From a virus (taxonomy: Duplodnaviria > Caudoviricetes), in the IMG/VR virus record IMGVR_UViG_3300016263_000689, positions 1 through 35,696 of that record: a stretch of DNA of 35,696 nucleotides; one strand, 5' to 3'. The position numbers and the translations under genes were made by a program. Shown here in pieces: positions 9,460 to 19,660 of this stretch (positions within the stretch are counted from its first letter, which is position 1; every line of letters starts with the position of its first letter). The notes beneath the pieces were generated by a model. It made no database searches, was not told the DNA's origin, and worked only from the letters and a program-made list of their open reading frames with translations.

Positions 9460-10217
9460 TCGACCTCATCGCATACGGCGACGAGCCCGAGCTTGCGCTC
9501 CTACTGGAGAGCGCCAGCCGTGCCGCGGTGTACCCGGCGACCGGGGCGGCGTTCACGGCAAGGACCGGGACCACGCTCACGTCGCTGTACCTGTTCAACG
9601 AGGCAAGCGGCGATGTGCTCGACAAGGTCGGCGCGAACAACCTCACGACCGTCAACACGCCGACCTACGCCTACGCCTACCAGGGACGCACCGGAATCCA
9701 CTATGACGGCGACACCGACGCGCACCGGGCCGACGTGCTCGCGCTCGGGACCGGATCGGGGCTGTACGGCGCGGTCATCCGCAAGACTGGCGACACGACC
9801 GCGGCGCGCAACATCGTCCAGCGGACGAACGGGTCAAACGATCCGTGCGTGATCTTGAACTTCGCGGTGACGTCGGGTAACCCGCAGATCATCGTCCGCG
9901 ATGCCGGGACGAACGCGCTTCTCGTCGACGGCGCGACCTTCGCAGGCGACACCACGAGCCTGCTTCTTGCGATGGTGCAGATCGACAAAAGCACCGACAC
10001 GGCGCGGGCGCTCGTGACGGACGGTCGGCAGTTGCTCGAGCTGAGCGGGTCGATCGCTGGGTTCGGCTCGCTGGACGGGACGTCGCAGACGTTCGGCTTC
10101 GGCAACCGAGTACAGCTCGGGCAGACCGCGGCGTTCTACGGATTCGCGGTCGTCGGCGCGGGCGCCGAGGGTTCGTCGAGGCTGCGCGACATCGCGCGAG
10201 GACTGGGCTGGCTATGA
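9456..10217 (+). CDS. LamG/concanavalin A-like lectin-fold virion protein
   Basis: GTG 9456. LYLFNEASGDVLDKVGANNLT resembles the usual N-terminal signature of phage LamG domains; beta-rich remainder. Confidence 0.6.
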   Translation: MIDLIAYGDEPELALLLESASRAAVYPATGAAFTARTGTTLTSLYLFNEASGDVLDKVGANNLTTVNTPTYAYAYQGRTGIHYDGDTDAHRADVLALGTGSGLYGAVIRKTGDTTAARNIVQRTNGSNDPCVILNFAVTSGNPQIIVRDAGTNALLVDGATFAGDTTSLLLAMVQIDKSTDTARALVTDGRQLLELSGSIAGFGSLDGTSQTFGFGNRVQLGQTAAFYGFAVVGAGAEGSSRLRDIARGLGWL

Positions 10218-10462
10218 CGCACTGGCTACCCGACGAGGGCGCCCCGGTCCGCACCGTCGACAGCGGGGCGGCGTGGCACGTCTGCTACCTCGACGACGGG
10301 CGCTATCAGGCGCAAGTCCAGCTCGGGTCCGGTCGGTGCGTCCTGCACTGCGGCGACGGGGAATCGGTTGCGTTCCGCGTCGAAGCGGACAACTCGATCC
10401 CGGTCGCCGACGCGCTGGCAATTGCCGCGGCGATCCGCGAGGACGTGGGAGTCCTGCCGTGA
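10214..10462 (+). CDS. Hypothetical protein
   Basis: 82 aa, ATGA/GTGA coupled on both sides. Confidence 0.6.
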   Translation: MTHWLPDEGAPVRTVDSGAAWHVCYLDDGRYQAQVQLGSGRCVLHCGDGESVAFRVEADNSIPVADALAIAAAIREDVGVLP

Positions 10463-10944
10463 CCACGACGGTCGCCGACATTCGCGCCACGATCGTCGAC
10501 ACGATCAAGGCGCTGGTCCCGACGGGCATCACGACGCCACGGTTTACGCCGTGGCAGGAGGACACGTTGCGGACGTCGTTCCGCCTGTGGAGCGAGAAGA
10601 ACCCGCTCGCGGCGTTCCGTCGCTTTTCCGTGCGGGTGCTTCCTGGTGTCGAGCCGGCCGGCGTACACGACTACAACCGGCGCCGCGAGGTGGCGCGGCT
10701 TGAGTGCGTCGTCGCCTATCCCGCCGATCACCGCTACGGTGCGCTCGGTGCGGTGTCGCTGGACACAATCCTCGCCGCGGACATGGCGCTCATCGTCGAC
10801 GCCGTCGGCACGAAGGGCTACGCGACGATTTCGCCCGCTGCGGCGGCGGTGGTCACCGACGAGGGACACACCGTCGAAGACCTCGAGGCGTGCCGCTTCG
10901 GCGTCGCCACGTTCACCTGCGAATACTACCGGAGCACAACATGA
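10459..10944 (+). CDS. Putative tail terminator/completion protein
   Basis: GTG 10459; 161 aa directly before the tail tube; TVADIRATIVDTIKAL helix, REVARLECVVAY strand, terminal ATFTCEYYR strand. Confidence 0.55.
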   Translation: MTTTVADIRATIVDTIKALVPTGITTPRFTPWQEDTLRTSFRLWSEKNPLAAFRRFSVRVLPGVEPAGVHDYNRRREVARLECVVAYPADHRYGALGAVSLDTILAADMALIVDAVGTKGYATISPAAAAVVTDEGHTVEDLEACRFGVATFTCEYYRSTT

Positions 10945-12167
10945 GCCGCACCTCACGCCTTCAATCTGTCCACTACGAAGCCGAGACGACCTACGCCGAG
11001 GAGGTCTACACGTTCGGCACGCGGCTCGGCGTCTATGACGTCGTCGACGTGTCGGGCTTGACCAAGAGCAAGCAGGACTCGCCCCGCGCGACGCAGTATC
11101 GCGGCGAGAAGGGGATCCCGATTCCGCTGGTCAAGGGCGGCTCGTTCAAGATCCGGTTGCCGATGGCGGGTCACGGGTCGTCGACTGCCGGCGCGGGGCT
11201 GGCGGTCAGCGCCGTGGAGACGCTCCTGGGACACGTCTTCGGCGCCGCCGAGCTGAGCGCGGCGGGCGGGACGACGGTCACCAGCGCGACGGACGCGGAC
11301 ACGTTCGCCGTCTCGGCGAGCGGCACCTTCGATAGCAAGGGGTTCGCGTTCCTCGGCGCGAAGGGCGACGGTCGCGGCGACGGTCAGCCGGTCGCGATCG
11401 ACACGCACTCGACGAACACGATCCAGCTCCTCACCGCGGCGCCGGCGGCGCCGACGAACGGAGACGTGTTCGCGGCGGCGACGCAAATCTACGCGGACGA
11501 GAGCCCGGACGCGGCGTTCACTTCGCTGCGGTTCCGTATCAGCTCGGCGAACCAGTGCTACGACTGCATCGGGTGCGTGCCGACGGCGGTGGAGTATGAG
11601 ACGGCGATCGGTCGACCGCTGACGATCACGATCACCTTCGACGTCGCGTGGTGGAAGGAGTCGACGCCGACGTTCCCGACGACGGACTCGTTCGAGGAGC
11701 CTGTCCCCGCGCCGTTCGCCGGCGGGTCGATGTTCTTCCAGGTCTACGGCACCGCGACTCGCGCGACCTACACGATCCGCGAGCTGAGCCTGTCGCACGC
11801 GTTCGGCGTGGCGCTGCAAGACTCGCCGCTCGGTAGCCGCGGTGATCAGGTCCGCACTGGCGCGGTGCGAGCGCCCGAGACGTTCCAGGCGTCGTTCGTG
11901 CTCGACGCGCAGACGCAATCCGCATCGCCGACGTGGCCGGCCAACTGGGACGCGGAGCAGGACTACCACGTCCTCATCGGCTTCTCTGGCGCGGCGTCGG
12001 GGAAGCGCGTCGGCTTGTACCTGCGTCGGTTCCGTTTGGATCAGGCGCGTCCTGTCCAGATGGATATGAACGGCGTGAACAGCATCCGCGTGAACGGCAC
12101 CGCGACTACCGACGTAACGGGAGCCGACGACCGCGCCCGCGCGTCCTACGTCTGGATCTACGGCTGA
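10941..12167 (+). CDS. Major tail tube protein with inserted beta-rich domain
   Basis: ATG 10941; 408 aa; HYEAETTYAE start, GGSFKIRLPM, VETLLGHVFG, YDCIGCVPTAVEY; precedes the chaperones and tape measure. Confidence 0.7.
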   Translation: MSRTSRLQSVHYEAETTYAEEVYTFGTRLGVYDVVDVSGLTKSKQDSPRATQYRGEKGIPIPLVKGGSFKIRLPMAGHGSSTAGAGLAVSAVETLLGHVFGAAELSAAGGTTVTSATDADTFAVSASGTFDSKGFAFLGAKGDGRGDGQPVAIDTHSTNTIQLLTAAPAAPTNGDVFAAATQIYADESPDAAFTSLRFRISSANQCYDCIGCVPTAVEYETAIGRPLTITITFDVAWWKESTPTFPTTDSFEEPVPAPFAGGSMFFQVYGTATRATYTIRELSLSHAFGVALQDSPLGSRGDQVRTGAVRAPETFQASFVLDAQTQSASPTWPANWDAEQDYHVLIGFSGAASGKRVGLYLRRFRLDQARPVQMDMNGVNSIRVNGTATTDVTGADDRARASYVWIYG

Positions 12168-12168
12168 C

Positions 12169-12630
12169 ATGGCACTCAACATTCAACGTCCGCTCACCGA
12201 CTCGTTCCGGCTCGCCTATGCCGGCGACCCGGCGCTTGACCACTCGCTGCCGGACTTCGACGCGCGTTACGAGCGGTGTGTCCAGCGGCTCGACTTCTCG
12301 GAGCTCATCAAACCCGGCGAGCAACCGACGTGGTTCTGGTTCGCGCCGTTGTCGATTTCGCAGGTGCGGAAGCTCCTCGACGTCGCGACCGGGAACCGGC
12401 ACTTCTGGCTCGCGGTGCGGATGTCGCTGCGGCGGCTCGAGGGCGGCGGTGATGTCGTCGTCGAGCGGGCGACCGACAGCGAGTACCCGAAGCTGGGCGA
12501 GCTGGTCACCGTCGCGCTGATGGACGCGCTCGAGGCGCTGCCACAGCAGCTCGGGCGGCCGGCGTTTGAGTTGGTGAACGACTTTGGCGCGGCGATTCTC
12601 GCCCGCGCGATGGGTCCACTCCCAAAGTGA
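12169..12630 (+). CDS. Tail assembly chaperone (gpG analogue)
   Basis: 153 aa between tube and tape measure; ends in the slippery heptamer C CCA AAG. Confidence 0.7.
   Translation: MALNIQRPLTDSFRLAYAGDPALDHSLPDFDARYERCVQRLDFSELIKPGEQPTWFWFAPLSISQVRKLLDVATGNRHFWLAVRMSLRRLEGGGDVVVERATDSEYPKLGELVTVALMDALEALPQQLGRPAFELVNDFGAAILARAMGPLPK
12621..12627 (+). promoter_or_regulatory. -1 programmed ribosomal frameshift site C CCA AAG
   Basis: X XXY YYZ heptamer in the correct phase just before the TGA; the -1 frame reads CCC AAA GTG ACC into ORF 12627..13040. Confidence 0.75.
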
Positions 12631-13040
12631 CCGAGGGGTTGCGCGTCCTCCCGTATATCCAAGCGGCGCGCGAAGACGATCCAGAGTTCGGGACCTACGA
12701 CGATTGTGCTCGCTGCGAGCGCCACAACTCACCGGAGTTGCGGCGCGACATGGGTTGCGGGTTGCTAAGCCCCGCGCCAACGCCTCCACGGTCGATCATG
12801 TTGAGCGACAAGATCCCAGACCTAACCGGCTGCCCCGTCTACGCGGCGCTCCTGCCCGACGTCGTTGACGTGGCGTGGGTGTGGCCGCACTACGATAAGG
12901 GACAGCTCGCGCTCGCGATGGGCGACCTCGAGCCGTCGCGGTCGCTCATGGACGGGTTGCGGATGTTGTCGTCGGCGATCACGGAGCAAACCGTCTTGGC
13001 GCACAAGGAGCGGTCGCAGGCCGCAGGAGGACGATCGTGA
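12627..13040 (+). CDS. Tail assembly chaperone, gpT part (likely made as a G-T fusion)
   Basis: In the -1 frame relative to the upstream chaperone; CxxC...C...C residues; directly before the tape measure. Confidence 0.65.
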   Translation: MTEGLRVLPYIQAAREDDPEFGTYDDCARCERHNSPELRRDMGCGLLSPAPTPPRSIMLSDKIPDLTGCPVYAALLPDVVDVAWVWPHYDKGQLALAMGDLEPSRSLMDGLRMLSSAITEQTVLAHKERSQAAGGRS

Positions 13041-15106
13041 GCCTGTCGCAACTTGTCGCCCAGACGCTCCTCCAGTTCCGCGCCGATACGTCGCAGGCTC
13101 GCAGCGAGATCGGGAAGCTAGGCGAGGCTGAGAAGAAGGCGGCGCAGGACGCGGTGGACGCCAGCGACAAGCGCAACGCGATGTACGAGCGCGTCGCGGC
13201 GGGCATCACGAGACTAAACGTCGCGATGGGCGTGGTGACCAAGGGGATCGAGCTCGCCGGGCAGGCGTGGGCGGCGTACGACGAGTTCCAGGATCTCGCG
13301 GCGGCGAAGGGCACAATCTCGATCGACGGGTTGCGGAAGGCGTCGAAGGGACTCAAGACCGACCTCGACTTGCTCAAGCTGGCGGCCGTGTCGCAGAACA
13401 CGACCTTCAAGCTGACGCAGGAGCAGCTCGAAAACGCCACCCGCGCGATGCGGACCTTCGAGGAGGCCGGCTACGACGGGGCGCGGGTTCAAGCGGCGCT
13501 CGAGAACGCGATCAAGAAGGGGTCGATCGAGCCGCTCAAGGAGCTGGGCGTCAACCTCGAGTTGGCGAAGGACCAGACCGGCAAGTACAACCAGCTCCTA
13601 GAGGTGCTTGCGGAGAAGTCCGCTGCGGCCGGTGACGCGGAGCTGTCACGCGGCGACAAGATGAAGCAAAGCATCGTCGCCTATCAGAACGCCATCAACG
13701 ACTTGAAGGTCGCCGTCGGCGAACTCGTCGTTGCGTTTCAGCCGGTGCTAGCGACGCTGGCGAACATGGCGCAGGCGATTGCGGCGGTGGTCAAGGAGAT
13801 CCCAGGAGAGATCCTGTCGATCCTCGCGGTCGGGGCTGGCGGCGCGTACGCTGCAAACAAGGTTGCGAAAATGGGTGCCGGCGGGCGACTAATGAAGATC
13901 GCCAGAGGCGCGGCGGTCGTGGGAACGCTTGTCGAGACGAGCGAGGTGCTCGCCGAAGTCATCTACGACGAAACCAACACCTACACGCTGGGAGGCATGA
14001 CGCCGGAGCAGCGGGTCATGGCAGAGATGGGCGGCGAATATGTCGCCTATAAACAGCGGGTCAACGCGACGATCGCGAAAGCTGAAGCCGGCGAGCAAGC
14101 CTACGAGGCCGCGCGTGCCGCTGATGCTGCGGTATGGGACGCGAAGTACAACCGCGTTCTCGCGACGTTCAAGGCAGAGAAAAAGCTAAGCAGCAAGAAG
14201 ATCCTTTTCGACGCGTTGATCGCAACTGCGAACGGCGACGAGAAGAAGATCGCCGAAGCAACGCGCCTCATGGAAGCCGCGAAGTCGAAAGCGGCAGCGG
14301 CGAGATCCGCAGCGCGAAACCGGGCAGACGAAGAGGGAACCGGCGAGATCGAGCTGACCACCGAGGACCGCCGTCGGCGCGAAGTGATGACCCGCGCCGG
14401 TGCGATGTTTGGCGGCGAGGTCCAGTTGCCGCAGGTCCCTGTGGAGGCGATGCCGCTCGCGGCGGGAATCCAGCGCGAGGTTGACCGCGCCGCAGCGGAG
14501 CGCGAGCAACTGGCGCGACGCGAGAGCCGGCTTGAAGCGATGTTCGGCCCGCTGTCGGAGTTCGACGCGTACGCCACAGCGTTCGGCGCCTTGAATAGCG
14601 TCGCAACCGAAGCGTTCTCGGCGTGGGTGAACGGTGCCGAGTTGACCAGCGCGGCGATGAAGAAAATGGCGGCTGCGGCGCTCGGTAGCGTGGCGTCCGA
14701 TATGTTCGCTCGCAGCATCCAGCACGCCGCCTACGCGCTCGGGAACCTCGCGTTCGGGCTCGCTGGCGACCCGAGGGCACTCGCCGCCTCGGCGGTCCAT
14801 GCAAAGTCCGCTGCGGCGTTCGCGGCGGGTGCGGTCGTCGTCGGTGGACTCGCGCGAAAGCTAGGCGGCGGTGCGGAGTCCGCGGCTGGCGCTGGGGCTG
14901 CCGGCGGCGCGGCTGGGTACGGCGCAGGAGGAGCGGCGAGCATCGGCGCGGCTGGCTCGCAACGCGACATGGGGCGCATCACGAACCTCTACGTCGGCGA
15001 CGTCTGGGGCGACGACAACCCGCGGACCGCGCGGCAGAAGTTTGCCCGCTCGTACCGCGCCGCGCGACGCGAGATGGACAGCGTCGGAGGAGTCGAGTTC
15101 CGATGA
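13037..15106 (+). CDS. Tape measure protein
   Basis: 689 aa, Ala/Lys-rich and helical; N-terminal LQFRADTSQARSEI; C-terminal Gly/Ala-rich stretch then ITNLYVG; canonical position. Confidence 0.85.
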   Translation: MSLSQLVAQTLLQFRADTSQARSEIGKLGEAEKKAAQDAVDASDKRNAMYERVAAGITRLNVAMGVVTKGIELAGQAWAAYDEFQDLAAAKGTISIDGLRKASKGLKTDLDLLKLAAVSQNTTFKLTQEQLENATRAMRTFEEAGYDGARVQAALENAIKKGSIEPLKELGVNLELAKDQTGKYNQLLEVLAEKSAAAGDAELSRGDKMKQSIVAYQNAINDLKVAVGELVVAFQPVLATLANMAQAIAAVVKEIPGEILSILAVGAGGAYAANKVAKMGAGGRLMKIARGAAVVGTLVETSEVLAEVIYDETNTYTLGGMTPEQRVMAEMGGEYVAYKQRVNATIAKAEAGEQAYEAARAADAAVWDAKYNRVLATFKAEKKLSSKKILFDALIATANGDEKKIAEATRLMEAAKSKAAAARSAARNRADEEGTGEIELTTEDRRRREVMTRAGAMFGGEVQLPQVPVEAMPLAAGIQREVDRAAAEREQLARRESRLEAMFGPLSEFDAYATAFGALNSVATEAFSAWVNGAELTSAAMKKMAAAALGSVASDMFARSIQHAAYALGNLAFGLAGDPRALAASAVHAKSAAAFAAGAVVVGGLARKLGGGAESAAGAGAAGGAAGYGAGGAASIGAAGSQRDMGRITNLYVGDVWGDDNPRTARQKFARSYRAARREMDSVGGVEFR

Positions 15107-15861
15107 GCGCCGGCGGCTTCCTTGAAGCGCGACTGACGCTGTCGTCTGCGGCCACGTTCGCGTGGACCGGATCGTCCGGCTCGAGCACGATCACGGTGGC
15201 GGCGGGCAGCTACTACCCCTCCGCGCTGTGCTCGGAGATCCAAACCCAGCTTGGGAACATCGGCGAGACGCACACGGTTTCGCTCGACACCGCCGAGGGC
15301 GGCACGGGGCGGGTGACGATTGCGGGCGCGACCTTCTCGATCACCTGGACGACGACGGCGCTACGCGACGCGCTTGGGTTTACGGCTAACTTGTCGTCGG
15401 TGACGACCGCGACCGGGGCGCAAGCAGCGCGCGGGGTCTGGCTGCCCGGTGTACGCAACCGCTTTTCGCGCTACGGACACGTCAGCGCGACCGCCGAGAA
15501 AGGCGAGCTGGTCACGGATTTCCGCGCGACGGTCAGCCCGACCGGGTACGTCCACGGCACCTACTCCACCAAGCACCGACGGCACCGCGGCATCCGGTGG
15601 GAGGGCGTGCCGAACAACCGCGCGAAGCAACACCACGAGACGATCGTCAACGAATCGTTTGAGGCGTTTGCCTTGGACTGCATGACGGGTCGGTTCAGCC
15701 TGATCCCCGTGTCGCCGTACGTACGGCTGACGTGGCAACCGAACGTGACCACCGTCGGCAAGCTGCTGTGGCCTTCGACGTTCTCGCTTGAGACGCTCGT
15801 CCGCGGCTGGACCGGGCGCTACGTCGTCGACCTCCCCGAGCTGGTCGAGGAGGACGCGTAA
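15103..15861 (+). CDS. Putative distal tail (Dit-like) protein
   Basis: 252 aa, beta-rich, immediately after the tape measure. Confidence 0.55.
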   Translation: MSAGGFLEARLTLSSAATFAWTGSSGSSTITVAAGSYYPSALCSEIQTQLGNIGETHTVSLDTAEGGTGRVTIAGATFSITWTTTALRDALGFTANLSSVTTATGAQAARGVWLPGVRNRFSRYGHVSATAEKGELVTDFRATVSPTGYVHGTYSTKHRRHRGIRWEGVPNNRAKQHHETIVNESFEAFALDCMTGRFSLIPVSPYVRLTWQPNVTTVGKLLWPSTFSLETLVRGWTGRYVVDLPELVEEDA

Positions 15862-15862
15862 C

Positions 15863-18800
15863 GTGGGAACCACGCTCGGAGCGATTCAAGCCGGCGGCGG
15901 GCTGCAATACCAGGTCGTCGTCGCCGTCGAGGGGTACGAGTACCTCATCACGAACGGTCCGACTGCCGCGGCGGTGACCGCGTGGGCTGGGACGGACTGG
16001 ACGCAGGCTCTCGGTGGGCTCGGCGTGCGCTGGCCGGGACGGCAGGAGTTGCAGGCGTGGAAAGCGGACGTCCAGGTCACGTCGCTTTCGTTCTGCGTCC
16101 AAGGCGACGCTAACGACACGTTCGGTCGCGCGGTCTTCGGCTCGGCGGCGGGCGCGTACACCGCCCAGACCGCCCCGGTCGACAACAACGACACGACGCT
16201 CTCCGTCGCGTCGACGGCGGGGTTCGCCTCGTCGGGCGCGGTCCACCTCGGGACGGAGCGCATCGCCTACTCGAGCAAGACGACGCAGAGCCTCGCGGGA
16301 CTGACGCGCGGCACCTACGCGCCGTTCCGCACCGCGGCGAGCGGGAACTCGAGGTTCGGGCGCTATCACCCGCTGGGGCTCATCGGCGACGGGATCGTAA
16401 TCAACCCGCACGTCTCGTCGACGCAGCGCAAGTGGAAGGGGCGGTGGGTCGGCGTGTGGATCCATCGCGTCGTGGGCGGCGTGCTCGACGTCAAGGCCGA
16501 GGCGCAACTGGTCTTCGCGGGACGGATCTCCAGCGTCCGCGACGAGGCAGACGGGTTGACGTGGGTGGAGTGCGACGACCTCCGCGGGGCGATCCGCGAC
16601 TGTACGTTGCTCTCGGATCAGTGGACGGCGAGGCTGCGCGAAGGTATCTACCTCAAGGCGGGCTGGCGGTTCTCGGCGCAGGACCGGATCTGGACGATCA
16701 GCGGCACCGTCGACGTCGAACGGTTCGCGAACGATCTCGTCGTGGTCGACGCGTCGCCGGGCGCTAACGAGATCCTCGCCGGCGTCTACACGCTCGACGA
16801 GCTTGCGACGGAGCTCAACGCATGGCTCCAAGCGGAGCGGTCCGCGGCGCGGCTGAGCCTCTATCACAACTGGACGCCGCGAGTCGCCGTGGACGCGGGC
16901 ATCCGGTCGCAGTGGTCAGCGAATAGCCTAGCCTCGTTCGATCGCGCTGACTGGTACCTCTACGCGCCGAGCGACGTGCTCGAGTTCATGGGCTGGCCGG
17001 CGGGTCGCACCTATATCGCGGACCTGTTCGACGCGCCTTCGCAGACGCTGACCTCGCCAAACGCGCCTTACCGCGTGTTCTTGACGCAGTCCGAGATCAC
17101 GTCGCTCGGTACCGCGCCGGTGCCGTTCGACGAGGTCCAAGGGTCGTGGTGGTCGCAGCGGGACTACCTACCGGCAAAGCTCAAGACGGCGACGCTGTCG
17201 GGGCAGGACTGGGGCGTCGTCCAGGTCGGCGGCGGTGCGATGGCGCTCGCGCGGCTCCGGAGCGATACGCAGACGATCACGCTCAAGGCGCACCCGCTCC
17301 TCGACGACATCAGCGGTCAGCCGTTCGCGCGCGGCGCTGGTGTGGGGCAGCGCGTGACCGTCGAGGACGAGGGCAACGTGGAGTTGCGGCAGGTGGCGGT
17401 CATTCACGGCGAGCTGGACGAGTTGCTCACGCGATTTCTCGTCTCGACCGGGACCGCCTCGTACAACAGCGCGTCGGACGTGTTCCCCGCGCACCTCGGC
17501 GCGGCGATCCCGTACGAGCTGCTAGGCACCGCGTGGACGGCGAGCGTGGCGAACGTCGCTGAGGCGGCGGCAGAAATCGACGTGGTGATCGAGAAGCCGA
17601 CGCGGCTCACCGAGGTAATCGGCGCGGACCTCGCGGCGAGGCTGGCGTTCTTTCGCTGGAAGAACGGCGCGCTTCGTCTCGCGACGTGGTCGACGCCGAG
17701 CACCGCGACGGTTGAGCACGCGTTCACCGAGGACAACAAGGCGACGCCATCGGACGCGACCGACAACCAACGCACTGTTGCCAACGAGACAGACGACTTC
17801 CTCTGCAACCAGATCAAGCTTGAGTACAACCGCGTGCTGTCGGGCGGCTATCGGTCGACGACGGTGATCCGCGACCAAGGCTCAATGTACGAGCACGGGT
17901 CCCGCGAGCCGGTATCAATCTCGCTCCGCAACACGTTCTCGGGCCTGACGACGAACGGCGGCGCGATCGACCACGTGACGGACCAGCTCGCCGCGCAACT
18001 GCGCCTGTTCTCGCAGCCACTGCGGCTCCTGCGACGCACCATCGCCCTGCCGTACTACGAGGGGTTAGCGCCGGGTGACATCTGTTCTGTGACCGACGGC
18101 TTCGCCCGCGACCCGTCGACGGGCGCTCGCGGACTGACGAATCGCGCCGGGCTCGTCGTCGGGGTGCAAGTTGACTGGGGCGGTTACGAGCTGGACAGCG
18201 GCGGCGTGCGCCAGCCCGTCGCGCAGGTCGACATCCTGATCTTTCCCCGCGACAAGATCAGCGCGTATTGCCCCGCGGCGTCGTTCCTCGGGTCGGCGTA
18301 CACCAGCGGAACCAAGACGATCGCCGCAGACGCGCACGCCTACAGCGAGGCGGCCGACCCGGTCGACGCGTCGTGGTTCGCGGCGGGCGATGCGGTCATC
18401 GTCGTCGAGGACGACCCCGACGACCCGGCCGCGCCGCAACTGTGGGTCGACACGGTGTCGAGCGTCTCGTCGTCGACCATCGTGCTCAGCACCGGGCTGG
18501 CCGGCATCACGTCGGCCAAGCGGTACCGGATCCTCTCCGACGCATACCCGTCCGCGGTCACCACGCAGCGGGTCGACGCGTACCAGGCTCGAGCCGGCGA
18601 CCTACTCGTGGCGTCCGGCGTCGACGCGTACGAGTACGGGCTACACCAGCTCGACACGAGCGTTACGGAGCTGCCCGGCGACGAGCAGCCGTCGCTATAC
18701 GCTCGCGCGGCAATCGGGCAGGGGAAGGCGCTGGATGTCGCATACGAGTGGGATGCCGCGCACCTCGCCAACAACGTCGTCCACCACCGCACCAAGGTGG

Positions 18801-19234
18801 TCGCGCCGACCCTGTACCGGAACGTCCTCGGGGCGACCGTCGCTTGCGTCCGTCGGATCCTCGCGATCGAGCCGGTCGTCCTGCACCCGGGCGAACTGCT
18901 CGGGTCGATGGAAAAGCAACTCATGCTGCGCCCGTGGCTCCGGTCGACGAGTGGCACGGCGAAGCTCTACGCCACGCTCTGCCGCGAGCCGCCGAGCGGC
19001 GACGCGCTGTTGTGGACTGACGCGGACGCTCGCACCTACCAGCTCCGCGGCGCCGGCGCGACGGTCGAGTGGTCCTCGAGCTCGTCGACGTGGGCGCTCG
19101 GGGCAGTGCAAGGCGTCGACGTCAGCACCGTCGATCCTGCGACGGGAATCGGCTATCTCGTGATAGAGGGAGAGCGATACCTCGAGACGCGAGGCATGGC
19201 GCTCTGCCAAGTCAACCTACCACTCGCGCTATAG
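15863..19234 (+). CDS. Tail tip/baseplate hub protein (large, multi-domain)
   Basis: GTG 15863 after GAGGAGG; ~1123 aa. Hub-like motifs LVFAGRISSV, WVECDDL, NQIKLEYN, SMYEHG and LAPGDICSVTD. Confidence 0.75.
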   Translation: MGTTLGAIQAGGGLQYQVVVAVEGYEYLITNGPTAAAVTAWAGTDWTQALGGLGVRWPGRQELQAWKADVQVTSLSFCVQGDANDTFGRAVFGSAAGAYTAQTAPVDNNDTTLSVASTAGFASSGAVHLGTERIAYSSKTTQSLAGLTRGTYAPFRTAASGNSRFGRYHPLGLIGDGIVINPHVSSTQRKWKGRWVGVWIHRVVGGVLDVKAEAQLVFAGRISSVRDEADGLTWVECDDLRGAIRDCTLLSDQWTARLREGIYLKAGWRFSAQDRIWTISGTVDVERFANDLVVVDASPGANEILAGVYTLDELATELNAWLQAERSAARLSLYHNWTPRVAVDAGIRSQWSANSLASFDRADWYLYAPSDVLEFMGWPAGRTYIADLFDAPSQTLTSPNAPYRVFLTQSEITSLGTAPVPFDEVQGSWWSQRDYLPAKLKTATLSGQDWGVVQVGGGAMALARLRSDTQTITLKAHPLLDDISGQPFARGAGVGQRVTVEDEGNVELRQVAVIHGELDELLTRFLVSTGTASYNSASDVFPAHLGAAIPYELLGTAWTASVANVAEAAAEIDVVIEKPTRLTEVIGADLAARLAFFRWKNGALRLATWSTPSTATVEHAFTEDNKATPSDATDNQRTVANETDDFLCNQIKLEYNRVLSGGYRSTTVIRDQGSMYEHGSREPVSISLRNTFSGLTTNGGAIDHVTDQLAAQLRLFSQPLRLLRRTIALPYYEGLAPGDICSVTDGFARDPSTGARGLTNRAGLVVGVQVDWGGYELDSGGVRQPVAQVDILIFPRDKISAYCPAASFLGSAYTSGTKTIAADAHAYSEAADPVDASWFAAGDAVIVVEDDPDDPAAPQLWVDTVSSVSSSTIVLSTGLAGITSAKRYRILSDAYPSAVTTQRVDAYQARAGDLLVASGVDAYEYGLHQLDTSVTELPGDEQPSLYARAAIGQGKALDVAYEWDAAHLANNVVHHRTKVVAPTLYRNVLGATVACVRRILAIEPVVLHPGELLGSMEKQLMLRPWLRSTSGTAKLYATLCREPPSGDALLWTDADARTYQLRGAGATVEWSSSSSTWALGAVQGVDVSTVDPATGIGYLVIEGERYLETRGMALCQVNLPLAL

Positions 19235-19243
19235 GAGTCAGCA

Positions 19244-19657
19244 ATGGCGACATTCAACAAGTTCGACGTGTTCAGCGAGCACCTCGCCGAAAAGGTCCAC
19301 AACCTCGACACCGACACGCTCAAGGTCTACCTGTCAAACACTGCGCCAAATGCCTCGACGCACGCGGTCAAGGCTGACATCGCCGAGATCACCGCCGGGA
19401 ACGGCTACACCGCCGGCGGCAACGACACGCAGAACGCGACGTCGCGCACCGGCGGTACGACGAGCGTCACCGGCGTGGACTTCACCATCACCGCGACGGG
19501 CGCGGTTGGTCCGTTCCAGTACGCGATTTTGTACAACGACACGCCGACGAGTCCGGCCGACCCGCTGATCGGATGGTGGGCGACATCGTCGACGACGCTT
19601 GCCAACGGCGAGACGTTCACCGTCGACTTCGGCTCTTCGATGTTCACGATCGCGTGA
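19244..19657 (+). CDS. Conserved tail-associated structural protein
   Basis: RBS AGGAG; MATFNKF...DTLKVYL...EITAGNGYTAGG...GPFQYAILYNDT...LIGWW...GETFTVDF, a pattern I recognise from phage tail-fibre modules. Confidence 0.7.
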   Translation: MATFNKFDVFSEHLAEKVHNLDTDTLKVYLSNTAPNASTHAVKADIAEITAGNGYTAGGNDTQNATSRTGGTTSVTGVDFTITATGAVGPFQYAILYNDTPTSPADPLIGWWATSSTTLANGETFTVDFGSSMFTIA

Positions 19658-19660
19658 CGT

